Below, in pieces: positions 9,034-18,194 of a DNA stretch of 64,000 nucleotides; the first letter of the stretch is position 1; the number at the start of each line of letters is the position of its first letter. Source of the DNA: a virus (taxonomy: Duplodnaviria; Caudoviricetes); the IMG/VR virus record IMGVR_UViG_3300043496_000014, positions 2,245-66,244 of that record; one strand, given 5' to 3'. A program made the position numbers and the translations under genes. Under the pieces are notes generated by a model. The model was not told the DNA's origin. It searched no databases and worked only from the letters and a program-made list of their open reading frames with translations.

Positions 9034-9253
9034 AGATGTGGGTGTATAGGTTAGTGGCTTTATCTAACCACTCTAAGGTGTCAATCCAACCAAAGGTTGT
9101 AGTGATGGCAGTACGCTCCACTTGGTAGCGCGTTTTGCAGCGTGGGCATTTCTTGTTGTATGTCTCACGTGGTAACAAGGTCATGGCGTCTATGATAGCT
9201 GGCCCACCACAGCATGGATACGTAGTCTTTAGGATGCGTATGTCCATTGGCAT
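9008..9253 (-). CDS. zinc-ribbon protein
   Basis: PCCGG...CPRCK. Confidence 0.6.
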   Translation of the reverse strand: MPMDIRILKTTYPCCGGPAIIDAMTLLPRETYNKKCPRCKTRYQVERTAITTTFGWIDTLEWLDKATNLYTHIYGVPYRAN

Positions 9254-9255
9254 GC

Positions 9256-9552
9256 CTATCCCACCAAACCAAGGTGGGACTTAGGCATGCGACGGAACAA
9301 GCTACAACCAATGCTGTAGCATGGCATAACCTTCACTGTCCATTCACTGTCACTATCAACGAAACGCACACGCACGTCACGCGAGTCAACGGTGTACGTA
9401 TAGCCACCACGTCCCTGCTGTATCTTGGTTGCTTCAGCCTGTGCATACCGCTCGGCTGTGGGTGCACTAGCAAAGCAAGTCTGTCCGTAGAAGCTGCCAC
9501 TAGGCTCATTGCGCGTAACAACTGCGTGGTGCTGGCTATCTGACTTCATCAT
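9256..9552 (-). CDS. hypothetical protein
   Basis: First gene after the promoter at 9583-9612; start MMKSD. Confidence 0.65.
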   Translation of the reverse strand: MMKSDSQHHAVVTRNEPSGSFYGQTCFASAPTAERYAQAEATKIQQGRGGYTYTVDSRDVRVRFVDSDSEWTVKVMPCYSIGCSLFRRMPKSHLGLVG

Positions 9553-9582
9553 GGTTTGTATGTCCTGTGCCTTGATAAAAGG

Positions 9583-9612
9583 AGTATGACACACACCACA
9601 CTGTGGTGTCAA
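9583..9612 (-). promoter_or_regulatory. early sigma70 promoter
   Basis: TTGACA-18-CATACT. Confidence 0.8.
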
Positions 9613-9624
9613 TACTTATTTCAG

Positions 9625-10050
9625 TCAATCGTAGCCAAAGCTGAAGTGCATGATGTCTGATGGCGGTATCAGGGTGGTTAGCAAGTCAGTGAAGGCACGT
9701 AGGGTGTACGGTGTATTACCCTGGAGTATCCACAGCTTGTTGTGTGTAATACCGTCACGTCCGTACGTGTCAACGGTAGTTGTGGTGAACAGTTCCCTGA
9801 CTGCTGTCATCAGTTGTGTGTCAGCTACTGTAGCAGGTAGCGTATCCCAATCCCACATGATGCTGATGGACGCATGCTTACTGGCCATTATGGTATCTGA
9901 TCCCTGGTGTACAAATTCGTATTCCCGACGACCACACTTAGTGCCGAACCCTGGTGCACGGTCAATGCAGAAAGCACCTGCTGTACCATCTGACATGAAT
10001 GGATGGAACGTTGACCACGATTTCACGTCACGCATTAGTTGCTCATGCAT
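9625..10050 (-). CDS. hypothetical protein
   Basis: 141-aa ORF translationally coupled to the upstream gene. Confidence 0.65.
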   Translation of the reverse strand: MHEQLMRDVKSWSTFHPFMSDGTAGAFCIDRAPGFGTKCGRREYEFVHQGSDTIMASKHASISIMWDWDTLPATVADTQLMTAVRELFTTTTVDTYGRDGITHNKLWILQGNTPYTLRAFTDLLTTLIPPSDIMHFSFGYD

Positions 10051-10340
10051 TAGTAGTTAGCTCCATGATTCTCACCTGAACAGGTGCACTCGCACACTGG
10101 TCCCTTGCTCGCACGACACTTGGCACCACAGGTAATCTTGTCAGAGTACTTACCCTGGACAGACTGACCGTACTTACCCTTGCCACACTCAGGACACGCC
10201 ATCAACAGGAAACCACGAATACGGTACAGCTTGAAACCCTCTGGTGTGGTGGTGTCAGAAGTAGCCACACGTGTCACTGACTTGCACTCGTTGGTAGCCT
10301 TGTGACGGTAGATGATGTGACCACTGTTGTGTGCGTACAT
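10050..10340 (-). CDS. Cys-rich protein (CxxxC..CxCxCxGxNHG)
   Basis: CGAKCRASKGPVCECTCSGENHG; AGGAG SD. Confidence 0.75.
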   Translation of the reverse strand: MYAHNSGHIIYRHKATNECKSVTRVATSDTTTPEGFKLYRIRGFLLMACPECGKGKYGQSVQGKYSDKITCGAKCRASKGPVCECTCSGENHGANY

Positions 10341-10367
10341 TGTGTGCTCCTGTGCTTTGATAATAGG

Positions 10368-10397
10368 AGTATAGCAAGCACCGTGTGGTGGTGTCAA
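10368..10397 (-). promoter_or_regulatory. early sigma70 promoter
   Basis: TTGACA-18-TATACT with TGC extended -10. Confidence 0.85.
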
Positions 10398-10400
10398 TAC

Positions 10401-10715
10401 TTATTTTGGTGTGGGTGGTGGCCAGATAGCGTGACGTAAGCTGGTGTTGCTGTGTAGCTTAGCTACGTCTCTTTCAGCAAACAGTGGCCATACTGCACGT
10501 AGCTTCCTGATAGCCTCTTTTCTGGTAGCGTTGATACGTGCATAGCTCACCTGCATACTGGCAGCTATGTCTGTGGTGGACACCCTACGTACATAGTACT
10601 GGTACAGTATGTTGGCTGCACGCTCCATATCGTAATTACGATTATGCTTTGTAGCTTGTAGTAATCGTAGAAGGTCAGCTTTGGTTAGACCAGAGTGTGT
10701 AGGTGTAGGTGTCAT
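10401..10715 (-). CDS. sigma70 region-4-like HTH protein
   Basis: ILYQYYVRRVSTTDIAASMQVSYARINATRKEAIRKLR matches the region 4 HTH pattern. Confidence 0.7.
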   Translation of the reverse strand: MTPTPTHSGLTKADLLRLLQATKHNRNYDMERAANILYQYYVRRVSTTDIAASMQVSYARINATRKEAIRKLRAVWPLFAERDVAKLHSNTSLRHAIWPPPTPK

Positions 10716-11113
10716 TGTTTACCTCGTGTGGCCATGATGATGATTAACAGGATCAGTATAATGTACAACGTCCACCACAGTAGAGTACTGTCACTGTAGG
10801 TTATGTCCATTCAGTGTGTGCAAACCTGTGGTCTGTAGACATAGGGGTATGGGTAGGAGTAGGGGTATGCTCACTTAGTGGTTTGGCACACACATCACAG
10901 GGTAGCGTACAGCACCACTCTATGCATATGGGTATATGTTGGTAGGGTTGTGCAGCAGCATCTACGTACTGTAGCAGCAGCTTACCTAGTGCAGCTACCT
11001 GTGTAGGTGCGTCCACTGTAGTCATCAGTAGTGGTGGGTCAGGATCAGTAGGCTTGTGTGGTGCGTCACGATGCACCCACACTCTGCCACTCCTGTACAG
11101 GTACACGGTGTAT

Positions 11114-11377
11114 TCAGGCATGCTGTGTGCACTCCTGGCAGTCAAGATACCATGTGCTACGGAAAAACCTACGTGTAGACGTTGGGTGACGAAACGTGAC
11201 ATTGGGGTTAGGGTACTGGTACGTTAGTCCACACTGTGTCTCTACTGTGTACACCTTAGTTTGCTGTTCGTTCACACGATGCCACACTGGGTTATAAGCA
11301 TCAGTGTTGATAACGTACCTGTCACTGGTAGTGTTTGGGTCACGATGTATGGTCATGTTAGACACAACTTTCTTCAT
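11114..11377 (-). CDS. hypothetical protein
   Basis: ORF in operon with WH...CG...CQEC. Confidence 0.5.
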   Translation of the reverse strand: MKKVVSNMTIHRDPNTTSDRYVINTDAYNPVWHRVNEQQTKVYTVETQCGLTYQYPNPNVTFRHPTSTRRFFRSTWYLDCQECTQHA

Positions 11378-11618
11378 ACTGATACTGCTGGTACTCTGGA
11401 CTGTACTCTGCTATGGCTTGCATACGGTCCCATAGTCCTGTACCGTCACTTCCACATGGGTGGTCTGTTACCCAACCTGCTGGACATCCTGGTTCCCAGT
11501 AGCTGCCAGATTCACCAGGATCGTACTCCATGATGGCAGGTTGTAAACAGTGTGGACACGGTATGGTGACCATAGGAGGGGTAACAGGATAGTCACGCTG
11601 ATACGAGTGCATGGTCAT
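11358..11618 (-). CDS. hypothetical zinc-binding protein
   Basis: CPHC, YDPGE.G.YWEPG.PA motif. Confidence 0.55.
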   Translation of the reverse strand: MTMHSYQRDYPVTPPMVTIPCPHCLQPAIMEYDPGESGSYWEPGCPAGWVTDHPCGSDGTGLWDRMQAIAEYSPEYQQYQYEESCV

Positions 11619-11836
11619 GGCTGTGTTACTTCCTTGCTACACGTTGTACAGCTATGGACAGATGGCTACCACACGTGTAGATTGGTCCGTTACCATCAAA
11701 CACGTTGTATTTGGCACGGTACCCTTCTGATGGATAGCAAATCTCACACTTATGTGTGTGGTTGCCTTCTAAGATTTCAACTGAGGCTGTTTTGTAGTCA
11801 GACATGATGGTTACTCCTGGAGTAGTAGCTACTCCC

Positions 11837-12100
11837 TCAAATGAGGGAGTAGAACCGTACTGGCCCAACACCGTCACGCTGAATGCGTGCAGTGGGAGTG
11901 TGCCCACGCTCACCCTCGTTGGTGGTGTCGAACACGTACACCACGGTATCAGGGTAGCTGGCACAATCACGTGCCTTGTCAATGGCAGCAGTGATGCTGT
12001 CAGAGAAGTACTCACCCTTGGTGTCACCAAGCAGGTTGACAACCAACAGTGCAACACGTGCACCAGCAAACGGACCTAGTGAGAGTGGCTGTGCGTTCAT
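11837..12100 (-). CDS. hypothetical protein
   Basis: First gene after the promoter at 12153-12182; GGAG SD. Confidence 0.65.
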   Translation of the reverse strand: MNAQPLSLGPFAGARVALLVVNLLGDTKGEYFSDSITAAIDKARDCASYPDTVVYVFDTTNEGERGHTPTARIQRDGVGPVRFYSLI

Positions 12101-12152
12101 AGGAGTGTGCTCCATGCGCCAGTTTTGTGGTGCTTCACCACTGCGCACCACT

Positions 12153-12202
12153 ACTATAGCAAGCACAGGCACAGCGTGTCAATACCCATTATAGGCTGTT
12201 TT
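12153..12202 (-). promoter_or_regulatory. early sigma70 promoter with upstream box
   Basis: TTGACA-18-TATAGT; upstream AAAACAGCCTATAATGGGTA. Confidence 0.85.
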
Positions 12203-12372
12203 GTGCATTGTAGGTGTCCAGTCACAGGTGCACTGAGGAACTAGACAGGCACGTCTAGCATTGTGCAACACATCTAGGTGCTTGCACACAGTACAGACTG
12301 TGGACTGTAGCAGGTACTGCTGTTCGTCTGGTTCTAGCCTGTACCACCAATCCAGTATGTAGGTATTATGTG

Positions 12373-12762
12373 TCATGGCAGAGCTACCCTACGCACCACT
12401 AGCTTAGTCTCTTTGTCTGTAAGCACCTTGTGGTGGTAGAACACGGTATCTGTGTTGGTCCGTAGCATGGCATACGTGTTGATGGCACGTGCTACGATGT
12501 CCTGATGTGTGGTGTTCAGCAACTTGGCCATACGATCCAGGGTGATATCTAGCGTGCTACCTGGAGCATGCATGGGTGGTTGCTTCTGGAGTAGGGCAGC
12601 TTCAATGGCTTTAGCGTTACTGGTTGCTGTTACAAGGTATGTAGCACGTGCACCAAGCAAGGTTGGATCAAGTGGCCAACCTGCCAACACTTCTACGGTG
12701 TTATCGTCACGTACTACAACTGTGCGTTGCACTATGTTAGGCATGTTTTCCTTGCTCTGCAC
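12373..12762 (-). CDS. hypothetical protein with possible RHH C-terminal part
   Basis: LDRMAKLLNTTHQDIVARAINTY. Confidence 0.55.
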   Translation of the reverse strand: MQSKENMPNIVQRTVVVRDDNTVEVLAGWPLDPTLLGARATYLVTATSNAKAIEAALLQKQPPMHAPGSTLDITLDRMAKLLNTTHQDIVARAINTYAMLRTNTDTVFYHHKVLTDKETKLVVRRVALP

Positions 12763-12817
12763 AGGGGTTCTTAGTCCACAGGGTGGGTTAGGTGTGTCTA
12801 CAGGTAGTGTAGGTGTG

Positions 12818-13261
12818 TTAGTCTGGTGCTTGTATGTAGGTTGTTAGGTGGTGTGCTAGTTTGGCAATATGTTGGGCTATGTTTGGGTCATACTTGTTAG
12901 CCTGCTGTGCCTGTACAGTGTAGTGTTGCATGCTGGCCAGCAACATATGTGCTATGTGTGCTGCACATGCTCGTTGGTATCCTGGCATCATAATGGCAGG
13001 TTGGGTGCACTTAGGTGTGTCGTTATGTGCTGTGTACTCACAAGTAGTGTAGTTGTGTGCAGGTGTTGGTGTGCCTGTTGCACCTACATGTTGGTACGTT
13101 GGTTGCTCACCTGTAGCTGGATTACCAGCAGTACGTTGTATGTACTTAGGCAGTGTAGGTGCCAACTGTGTGTTGCTAGGTGGTAGTTGGTGTGGCCTGT
13201 TGCTGTGTGTAGGTGGGCTGAAGGTAGGTGGGGGTGTGTTGTTGCTGTCATGGGTTGTCAA
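12818..13261 (-). CDS. P/T/H/Q-rich hypothetical protein
   Basis: 147-aa ORF coupled to the upstream gene; extremely CA-rich coding strand. Confidence 0.5.
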   Translation of the reverse strand: MTTHDSNNTPPPTFSPPTHSNRPHQLPPSNTQLAPTLPKYIQRTAGNPATGEQPTYQHVGATGTPTPAHNYTTCEYTAHNDTPKCTQPAIMMPGYQRACAAHIAHMLLASMQHYTVQAQQANKYDPNIAQHIAKLAHHLTTYIQAPD

Positions 13262-13727
13262 CGTAAATATACCTTCCTGTCACAGGATGCTTTATGCGTG
13301 TACGTTTGGCTTGCTGCTCGCGTACTTCCCTCATTTCTTCAGGTGTACGTTTCTTACGTGGTTGTGCAGGTACTTCAGCCATATGTACGGCTATTGCACG
13401 CATACGTATACGGTTGGCACGTGTCCATTGGTGTGCTGTTATCTGTTGCCAATGGCTGTTGTGCTTCTCACGTTTGGCATTCATACGTGCACGTGTCATG
13501 ATGTTTTTGGCACGCTTTACCAGTATGTCCCATTTGTTGGCATGCTGGTTGGTAGCTTGGTGCTTGTGATATATGGACAGTGCACTGTAGTATGCACGCT
13601 GTGCACGTAGTATGTTGGTGTGTGTATCGTTGGTAGGTTGCTGTGCATATGCACGGTCACATGCAACCAAGTGTTGGTGTAACTGTACTATGTGGTTGAG
13701 GGTTGGTGGTGGGTTGAAGGTGGGCAT
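13248..13727 (-). CDS. basic helical hypothetical protein
   Basis: 159-aa ORF; AGGAG SD and TGG-TATACT extended -10 upstream. Confidence 0.6.
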   Translation of the reverse strand: MPTFNPPPTLNHIVQLHQHLVACDRAYAQQPTNDTHTNILRAQRAYYSALSIYHKHQATNQHANKWDILVKRAKNIMTRARMNAKREKHNSHWQQITAHQWTRANRIRMRAIAVHMAEVPAQPRKKRTPEEMREVREQQAKRTRIKHPVTGRYIYVDNP

Positions 13728-13770
13728 GGCTAGTAGGGTTCTCCTGTGGACTGATGCCAGTATACCACAT

Positions 13771-13923
13771 AACAGGCAGTAAAGAATATCCCTGCATCTA
13801 AGTAACCATATATCCTTTTATATGAATTGTATGTATGTTTAGTAAATTTTACTAAACCTATATACTTTTGCTATAAAAGGGTATGAGGTATGTTAGATGC
13901 AGGTGTATTCTTTATTGCCTGTT
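13771..13923. repeat. 153-bp AT-rich imperfect palindrome, candidate replication origin
   Basis: Two 76-nt arms align without gaps around position 13847; 61/76 complementary by hand count. Confidence 0.85.
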
Positions 13924-14181
13924 TCAGACAGTACCATTCCCTAGATTCTCGATATATCCAGTGATGAGCATGGAACATCGGTCACAAAAATGTTCCTTCA
14001 GGTAAATTTTGCCTAGCTTACCAATATTCTTTGGTTTAGATGGTGGTCTAATGCCTACAGGCAAACGTGCGTCCCTCACGATACTACGTACCTTCCAGAA
14101 GGCATTATTAACATGTGTGGGTATGCCACATCCAGCACACTCCACAGTACCACTCTGTACTGTGCTCTGTTCTGGTTCCAT
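13924..14181 (-). CDS. zinc-finger protein
   Basis: CAGCG...FCDRC; GGAG SD. Confidence 0.65.
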   Translation of the reverse strand: MEPEQSTVQSGTVECAGCGIPTHVNNAFWKVRSIVRDARLPVGIRPPSKPKNIGKLGKIYLKEHFCDRCSMLITGYIENLGNGTV

Positions 14182-14183
14182 TA

Positions 14184-14477
14184 TTACTCCACCTTCCTTC
14201 CTTCCATTACTACTGACACATACTTATGGGTGCTAACGCTCACCAGATTGTCACACACAATCTTGTGAGTCAGCATGGTAGCAAACGTGGCCCACTGGTC
14301 ACTCTCTACCTTACCAGTGACTTCATACTCCCATTCAGTAGGCTTTCTCTTTTCCTGCATAAACTTAGGGGTAACCACTCGCACATTCACGTTGGTAACC
14401 CCTGACACCTTAGTTAGTGCCACACGGTTAGCCGCGTCCACTCCACACACTGTTACTGCCACATACTGTGCAAACAT
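14184..14477 (-). CDS. hypothetical protein
   Basis: First gene after the promoter at 14538-14567. Confidence 0.7.
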   Translation of the reverse strand: MFAQYVAVTVCGVDAANRVALTKVSGVTNVNVRVVTPKFMQEKRKPTEWEYEVTGKVESDQWATFATMLTHKIVCDNLVSVSTHKYVSVVMEGRKVE

Positions 14478-14537
14478 GGTTTGTATCCTCGTACCGTAGT
14501 CCGTTGCTGTGCTGTGTTGCTGTGTTCAACTAAGTTG

Positions 14538-14567
14538 ATTGTACCAAGTAAAGTGCACCACGTGCAA
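14538..14567 (-). promoter_or_regulatory. early sigma70 promoter
   Basis: TTGCAC-18-TACAAT. Confidence 0.75.
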
Positions 14568-14569
14568 CC

Positions 14570-14842
14570 TTACTTAGCACGCTTCATTGTATAAATACGT
14601 GTGCACTCGTAACGGTTGTCCCATGTGCTCTGCACTATGTCACTCACCTGCACACCCTCCAGCATCTTGTAACCACGCTTGGCAGCTAGCACGTTAGCAC
14701 GTCCCTCAGCAATTTCGGCGATGTCATGCCACCAACGTGCAGACATGTGCACGAAAAGGTGACCCTTGTGCTCACCCCACTTACGTAGATGTGCACTAAT
14801 CTCCACACCTGTCATGTCAACCTGCTGCTGCTTGCGTGCCAT
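14570..14842 (-). CDS. hypothetical protein
   Basis: First gene after the promoter at 14888-14917. Confidence 0.7.
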   Translation of the reverse strand: MARKQQQVDMTGVEISAHLRKWGEHKGHLFVHMSARWWHDIAEIAEGRANVLAAKRGYKMLEGVQVSDIVQSTWDNRYECTRIYTMKRAK

Positions 14843-14887
14843 TGTGTTGTACCGTCCAGTTCCTTGTTTCTGTGCTCAACTGAGTTG

Positions 14888-14917
14888 ATTATAGCAAGCT
14901 GTGGTGTGTGCACACAA
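14888..14917 (-). promoter_or_regulatory. early sigma70 promoter
   Basis: TTGTGT-18-TATAAT with TGC extended -10. Confidence 0.75.
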
Positions 14918-14920
14918 CAA

Positions 14921-15148
14921 TTAGTGCACACACCTTTTAGCGTAGTCTAGCTTCAGCTTATCGAGGCATGGTGCACAGATACCGTGTAGCATGCTGTGTC
15001 TTACGTACACCTTACCACCATTACCACGCACCACATACTGCCACGTAAACAGCTTAGGCATGCCACCTAGCCACTGTGTGCCACACTCCACACACAGCAC
15101 ACCCTTTAGTGTGCTGTGTGTCTGCGAGCTACCATACTTACTCAACAT
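14921..15148 (-). CDS. zinc-finger protein
   Basis: CVECG...CAPC. Confidence 0.55.
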   Translation of the reverse strand: MLSKYGSSQTHSTLKGVLCVECGTQWLGGMPKLFTWQYVVRGNGGKVYVRHSMLHGICAPCLDKLKLDYAKRCVH

Positions 15149-15485
15149 GGCTCATGCACTTCACGCACATGCTATCAGGTAGCGCGTCTGCGTTGATAGG
15201 CTCACTACGTGGTGTGGCGTACACGCGCGTCTGACGTTGGATGCACAGCACACGCGACTCAGCAAGTGCAGCACGATAGTTGCGCTCGTACTGCTTGTAG
15301 GCAGCACTCTGGAAATGCGCGCGTAGTTCCTCCGAGTCATCTTCCTTGGTTCGCACGTACTCTGGCTTGGCGTTGCGTGCTGCAATGATCCGTTCAGCAT
15401 GCTTAGCGTTCATCAGGTGGTTCTTACCAGTAGCGTATGCAGGGTAGAAGGTCTGTGTGCGAAGGTTGACTACTAGGCGTGCCAT
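15138..15485 (-). CDS. hypothetical protein
   Basis: Start MARLVV after the promoter at 15533-15561. Confidence 0.7.
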   Translation of the reverse strand: MARLVVNLRTQTFYPAYATGKNHLMNAKHAERIIAARNAKPEYVRTKEDDSEELRAHFQSAAYKQYERNYRAALAESRVLCIQRQTRVYATPRSEPINADALPDSMCVKCMSHVE

Positions 15486-15532
15486 GTTGTTGTCCCTGTG
15501 TGGTTTGGTGTGGTGTTTCGTTCCACACTCAT

Positions 15533-15561
15533 ATAATAGCACGCACCCACACACCACGCAA
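15533..15561 (-). promoter_or_regulatory. early sigma70 promoter
   Basis: TTGCGT-17-TATTAT. Confidence 0.75.
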
Positions 15562-15779
15562 TAATTATCTATACCCATTACACGTGTTACGTGCACACTA
15601 GCTGTGGCTCATGTCAGCCAGCATGGTCTGTGCACGTTCTACTAGCTTTCGGTACACCCGTATGTCATTGCTCTGTACACTGGGTGCTACTACCTGTAGT
15701 ATCTTCTCTAGCATGTCTGCTGCATCCTCCAGGTTGCCTGCAAGGTCTTCTATCAAGTCGTGTAGTTCTTCTGTGTTAG

Positions 15780-16103
15780 TCATGGTGTGTACTTCCATTT
15801 CCTACGCCTGTTCACTCTATCGGTCATGGCAGCTATCTGACTGAATAGTCTGTTGTCCATAGGCTGTGCCTCTATATGGGTACTAGCTACCACGTACCCT
15901 TTATTGCCTCCACCCAACACAAATTCCCTACCATCTGCATGGCTAAGTATGGCACGTATGGTATTGCCTTTGAGTCCAGTTACAGCAGCTATGGTGCCTA
16001 CTGTTATGGGTACTCTAGTTGCACGCACCAGTGCACACACTATGTTGTATTCGTATGGTTTCCAGTTAGTTTTACCTGTTCCATGTATCCCTTGTGTTTC
16101 CAT
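15780..16103 (-). CDS. winged-HTH-like protein
   Basis: PITVGTIAAVTGLKGNTIRAILS...GGNKGYVVA. Confidence 0.6.
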   Translation of the reverse strand: METQGIHGTGKTNWKPYEYNIVCALVRATRVPITVGTIAAVTGLKGNTIRAILSHADGREFVLGGGNKGYVVASTHIEAQPMDNRLFSQIAAMTDRVNRRRKWKYTP

Positions 16104-16231
16104 GCTGTGCTAAGCTGCCTCTTTCCTCAAACCTGTGTCAGAGTAGACTAAGGTCAGTGTAGTTGTAACTAACGGCTAACGCACTGCATGTAGAACCCTG
16201 TGCAGTTCCGAGAAAATCTGCCAATACAGTG

Positions 16232-16756
16232 TTACGCATAGCTGTTTAAGAAGTCCCATGCACGTTTGTTCCAATGTGCATCAGCTAATGCGTTATGCTC
16301 ATCTTTACCTTCAGCAGGTAGCTTTGGGTTACCAAGCATGTCTGCCCATTGTTTAATGTCACGACAATACATGGGCCATCCTCTTGGTAGCTGCATCATA
16401 GTGCCAAATAGCTGGCACAACACTACCCAGTCATAATCAGCATAGTAACCCCAAAACTCTGGCCAACCGTATAGCTGTGCGTCACAGAAGCGTATTAGCT
16501 CACGTGCTATCTGTGTACGTGTCAGTAAGCCACCTGTACCACCATCACGTATCCATCTGTTTGCATCACGTTTGTCTGCTTGTCGTGACCATAGTTTAGT
16601 TACTACATTCTCACGTACCCACTCGTTAGCTCTGGACAGATTAGCTTCACTATTCTCAGCATAAAACTCTCTACCATCCTCACACACCATACCAATGCTC
16701 ACTAACTCAATAGTGTGTCCATCCTCGATAAACTCTGTGTCAATCCAGTACTTCAT
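16232..16756 (-). CDS. 3'-5' exoribonuclease Rv2179c-like (DEDDh)
   Basis: IDTEFIEDG, LVSIGMVCEDGREFYA, WGYYADYDWVVL, HNALADA motifs. Confidence 0.9.
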   Translation of the reverse strand: MKYWIDTEFIEDGHTIELVSIGMVCEDGREFYAENSEANLSRANEWVRENVVTKLWSRQADKRDANRWIRDGGTGGLLTRTQIARELIRFCDAQLYGWPEFWGYYADYDWVVLCQLFGTMMQLPRGWPMYCRDIKQWADMLGNPKLPAEGKDEHNALADAHWNKRAWDFLNSYA

Positions 16757-17088
16757 GAGTCATCATCCTCCTGTGTGTTACCTTCTAATTCGTCCCATTC
16801 GTCTGCTGTCCATTGCAGAGGGAACAGAATAGCGTGTATGGCTTTCTCGTGTCTTCTACCCATTTCCTCTGGTGTTGCATCTAGTGTTCTATCGTGTATC
16901 CAACGAGACATGTAGTCTCCAACTACATCAGGTTTAGACATACCTGCACGTATGCCCAACACAAATGCCAAGTGTATAGCAGCATGTATATTGAGCACCT
17001 TACCCTTGTACGTTACTTGGTGGCAGTTGCTAATAGCTGTGTACTCCACACGCCTATCAACATCTTCTCTCTGTTTACTACTGACCAT
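16753..17088 (-). CDS. hypothetical protein
   Basis: ATGA overlap with the nuclease gene. Confidence 0.65.
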   Translation of the reverse strand: MVSSKQREDVDRRVEYTAISNCHQVTYKGKVLNIHAAIHLAFVLGIRAGMSKPDVVGDYMSRWIHDRTLDATPEEMGRRHEKAIHAILFPLQWTADEWDELEGNTQEDDDS

Positions 17089-17524
17089 TCGTTATGCCTA
17101 TATTCCACATAAGTACCATACCAACCATGATACCAACAGCAGCAGTGCTTAGTAGCAATACAAATACCAGTGCAGTACCTACACGTGTATTGGCATGCTC
17201 CACAAGGTGTGTTAGCTCATCCTTACGTACTAACACACAGTCCCTGATATGCAGGTTCTGTGACAGTACATTGAAGATGTGTGCATCGTTACGTGCTTCA
17301 ACGCTAACGGTATTGGTATGTGTGGTCTGCTGGTCATGAAGCCAAGCTGCATAGAATGCCCAAAATGCAGCTTTGTTCCATATGTCATCCGAATCTTTTA
17401 GGTGTGCAAACTTCTCGAAGGGTACAGGTGTGGTTGGGTTAGGCAAGTCCAGGTGTTTCACCAATTCGCCGACGGATTCCAAACCATTCACTGAGTTGTC
17501 AGCATCTTTAGGCATACCAACCAC
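17078..17524 (-). CDS. membrane-anchored hypothetical protein
   Basis: C-terminal hydrophobic helix. Confidence 0.6.
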   Translation of the reverse strand: MVGMPKDADNSVNGLESVGELVKHLDLPNPTTPVPFEKFAHLKDSDDIWNKAAFWAFYAAWLHDQQTTHTNTVSVEARNDAHIFNVLSQNLHIRDCVLVRKDELTHLVEHANTRVGTALVFVLLLSTAAVGIMVGMVLMWNIGITNGQ

Positions 17525-17527
17525 CCC

Positions 17528-17905
17528 CTATCCTACTCTAGTCACAACAACGTTGCCACTATCTACCCACATTACGTGGTAGATGGCAACACCGTTAGGA
17601 TGGCACACGTTCCAGAATCGTTCAACATCCTTAGCTGCTTCAGCTTCAATGCAAGCAACACCTAGAGTGAACGACAAGCCACCATTACTGTACATTACAT
17701 GATTCACATGTGAATCAGTAATGATGTGCTTACCACTCTCTGGTGTGTTGCCAACGATACGCACCACTGCTTGCTCAGGTACCACGCTCATGCCACTCTC
17801 CATGCGTGCTATGACTCGTGACACTTCCTCATGGGTTAGTGCACGATCCTGTATGGTGTGCCAACCGTACGTTGCTATCTGTTCCCTACTAGGTATACGT
17901 CTCAT
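17528..17905 (-). CDS. hypothetical protein
   Basis: 125-aa ORF in operon. Confidence 0.65.
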   Translation of the reverse strand: MRRIPSREQIATYGWHTIQDRALTHEEVSRVIARMESGMSVVPEQAVVRIVGNTPESGKHIITDSHVNHVMYSNGGLSFTLGVACIEAEAAKDVERFWNVCHPNGVAIYHVMWVDSGNVVVTRVG

Positions 17906-18194
17906 CTTGCAGTGCTTCCTGCTTTACTCGTTTGTCTTCACGATCCATCACCCTTTGCACATGCTTACAACGAGTCTTCAGGTTGTTTGCCTGACAGGTA
18001 CACTCCCATGCTTCACGTAGGGTGTTGAACCACACAGTGTAGTGCACATGCTTATCCAGGTTATACACCGTGTAATATCCAGCTTCACGCACTACTCCAC
18101 GTACTCTGTCAAATGTAGGTGCGTGGTAGATTGCACGTAGTCTACTGCTGGTAGCACGCACACGTGCACGTTCACTAGCTGTTGCTGTTTTCAT
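17889..18194 (-). CDS. SWIM zinc-finger protein
   Basis: YTV...WECTC.......CKHV. Confidence 0.8.
   Translation of the reverse strand: MKTATASERARVRATSSRLRAIYHAPTFDRVRGVVREAGYYTVYNLDKHVHYTVWFNTLREAWECTCQANNLKTRCKHVQRVMDREDKRVKQEALQDETYT

Noticed and set aside
8318-10397. Long N-terminal extensions in the ORF track (MTPP..., MTPQ... at 8548, 9612, 10397; similar extensions at 4817, 12172, 15596, 18859, 22021)
   Set aside because: These starts fall in or across the promoter (TTG of TTGACA or the spacer); the real starts lie downstream with SD sequences
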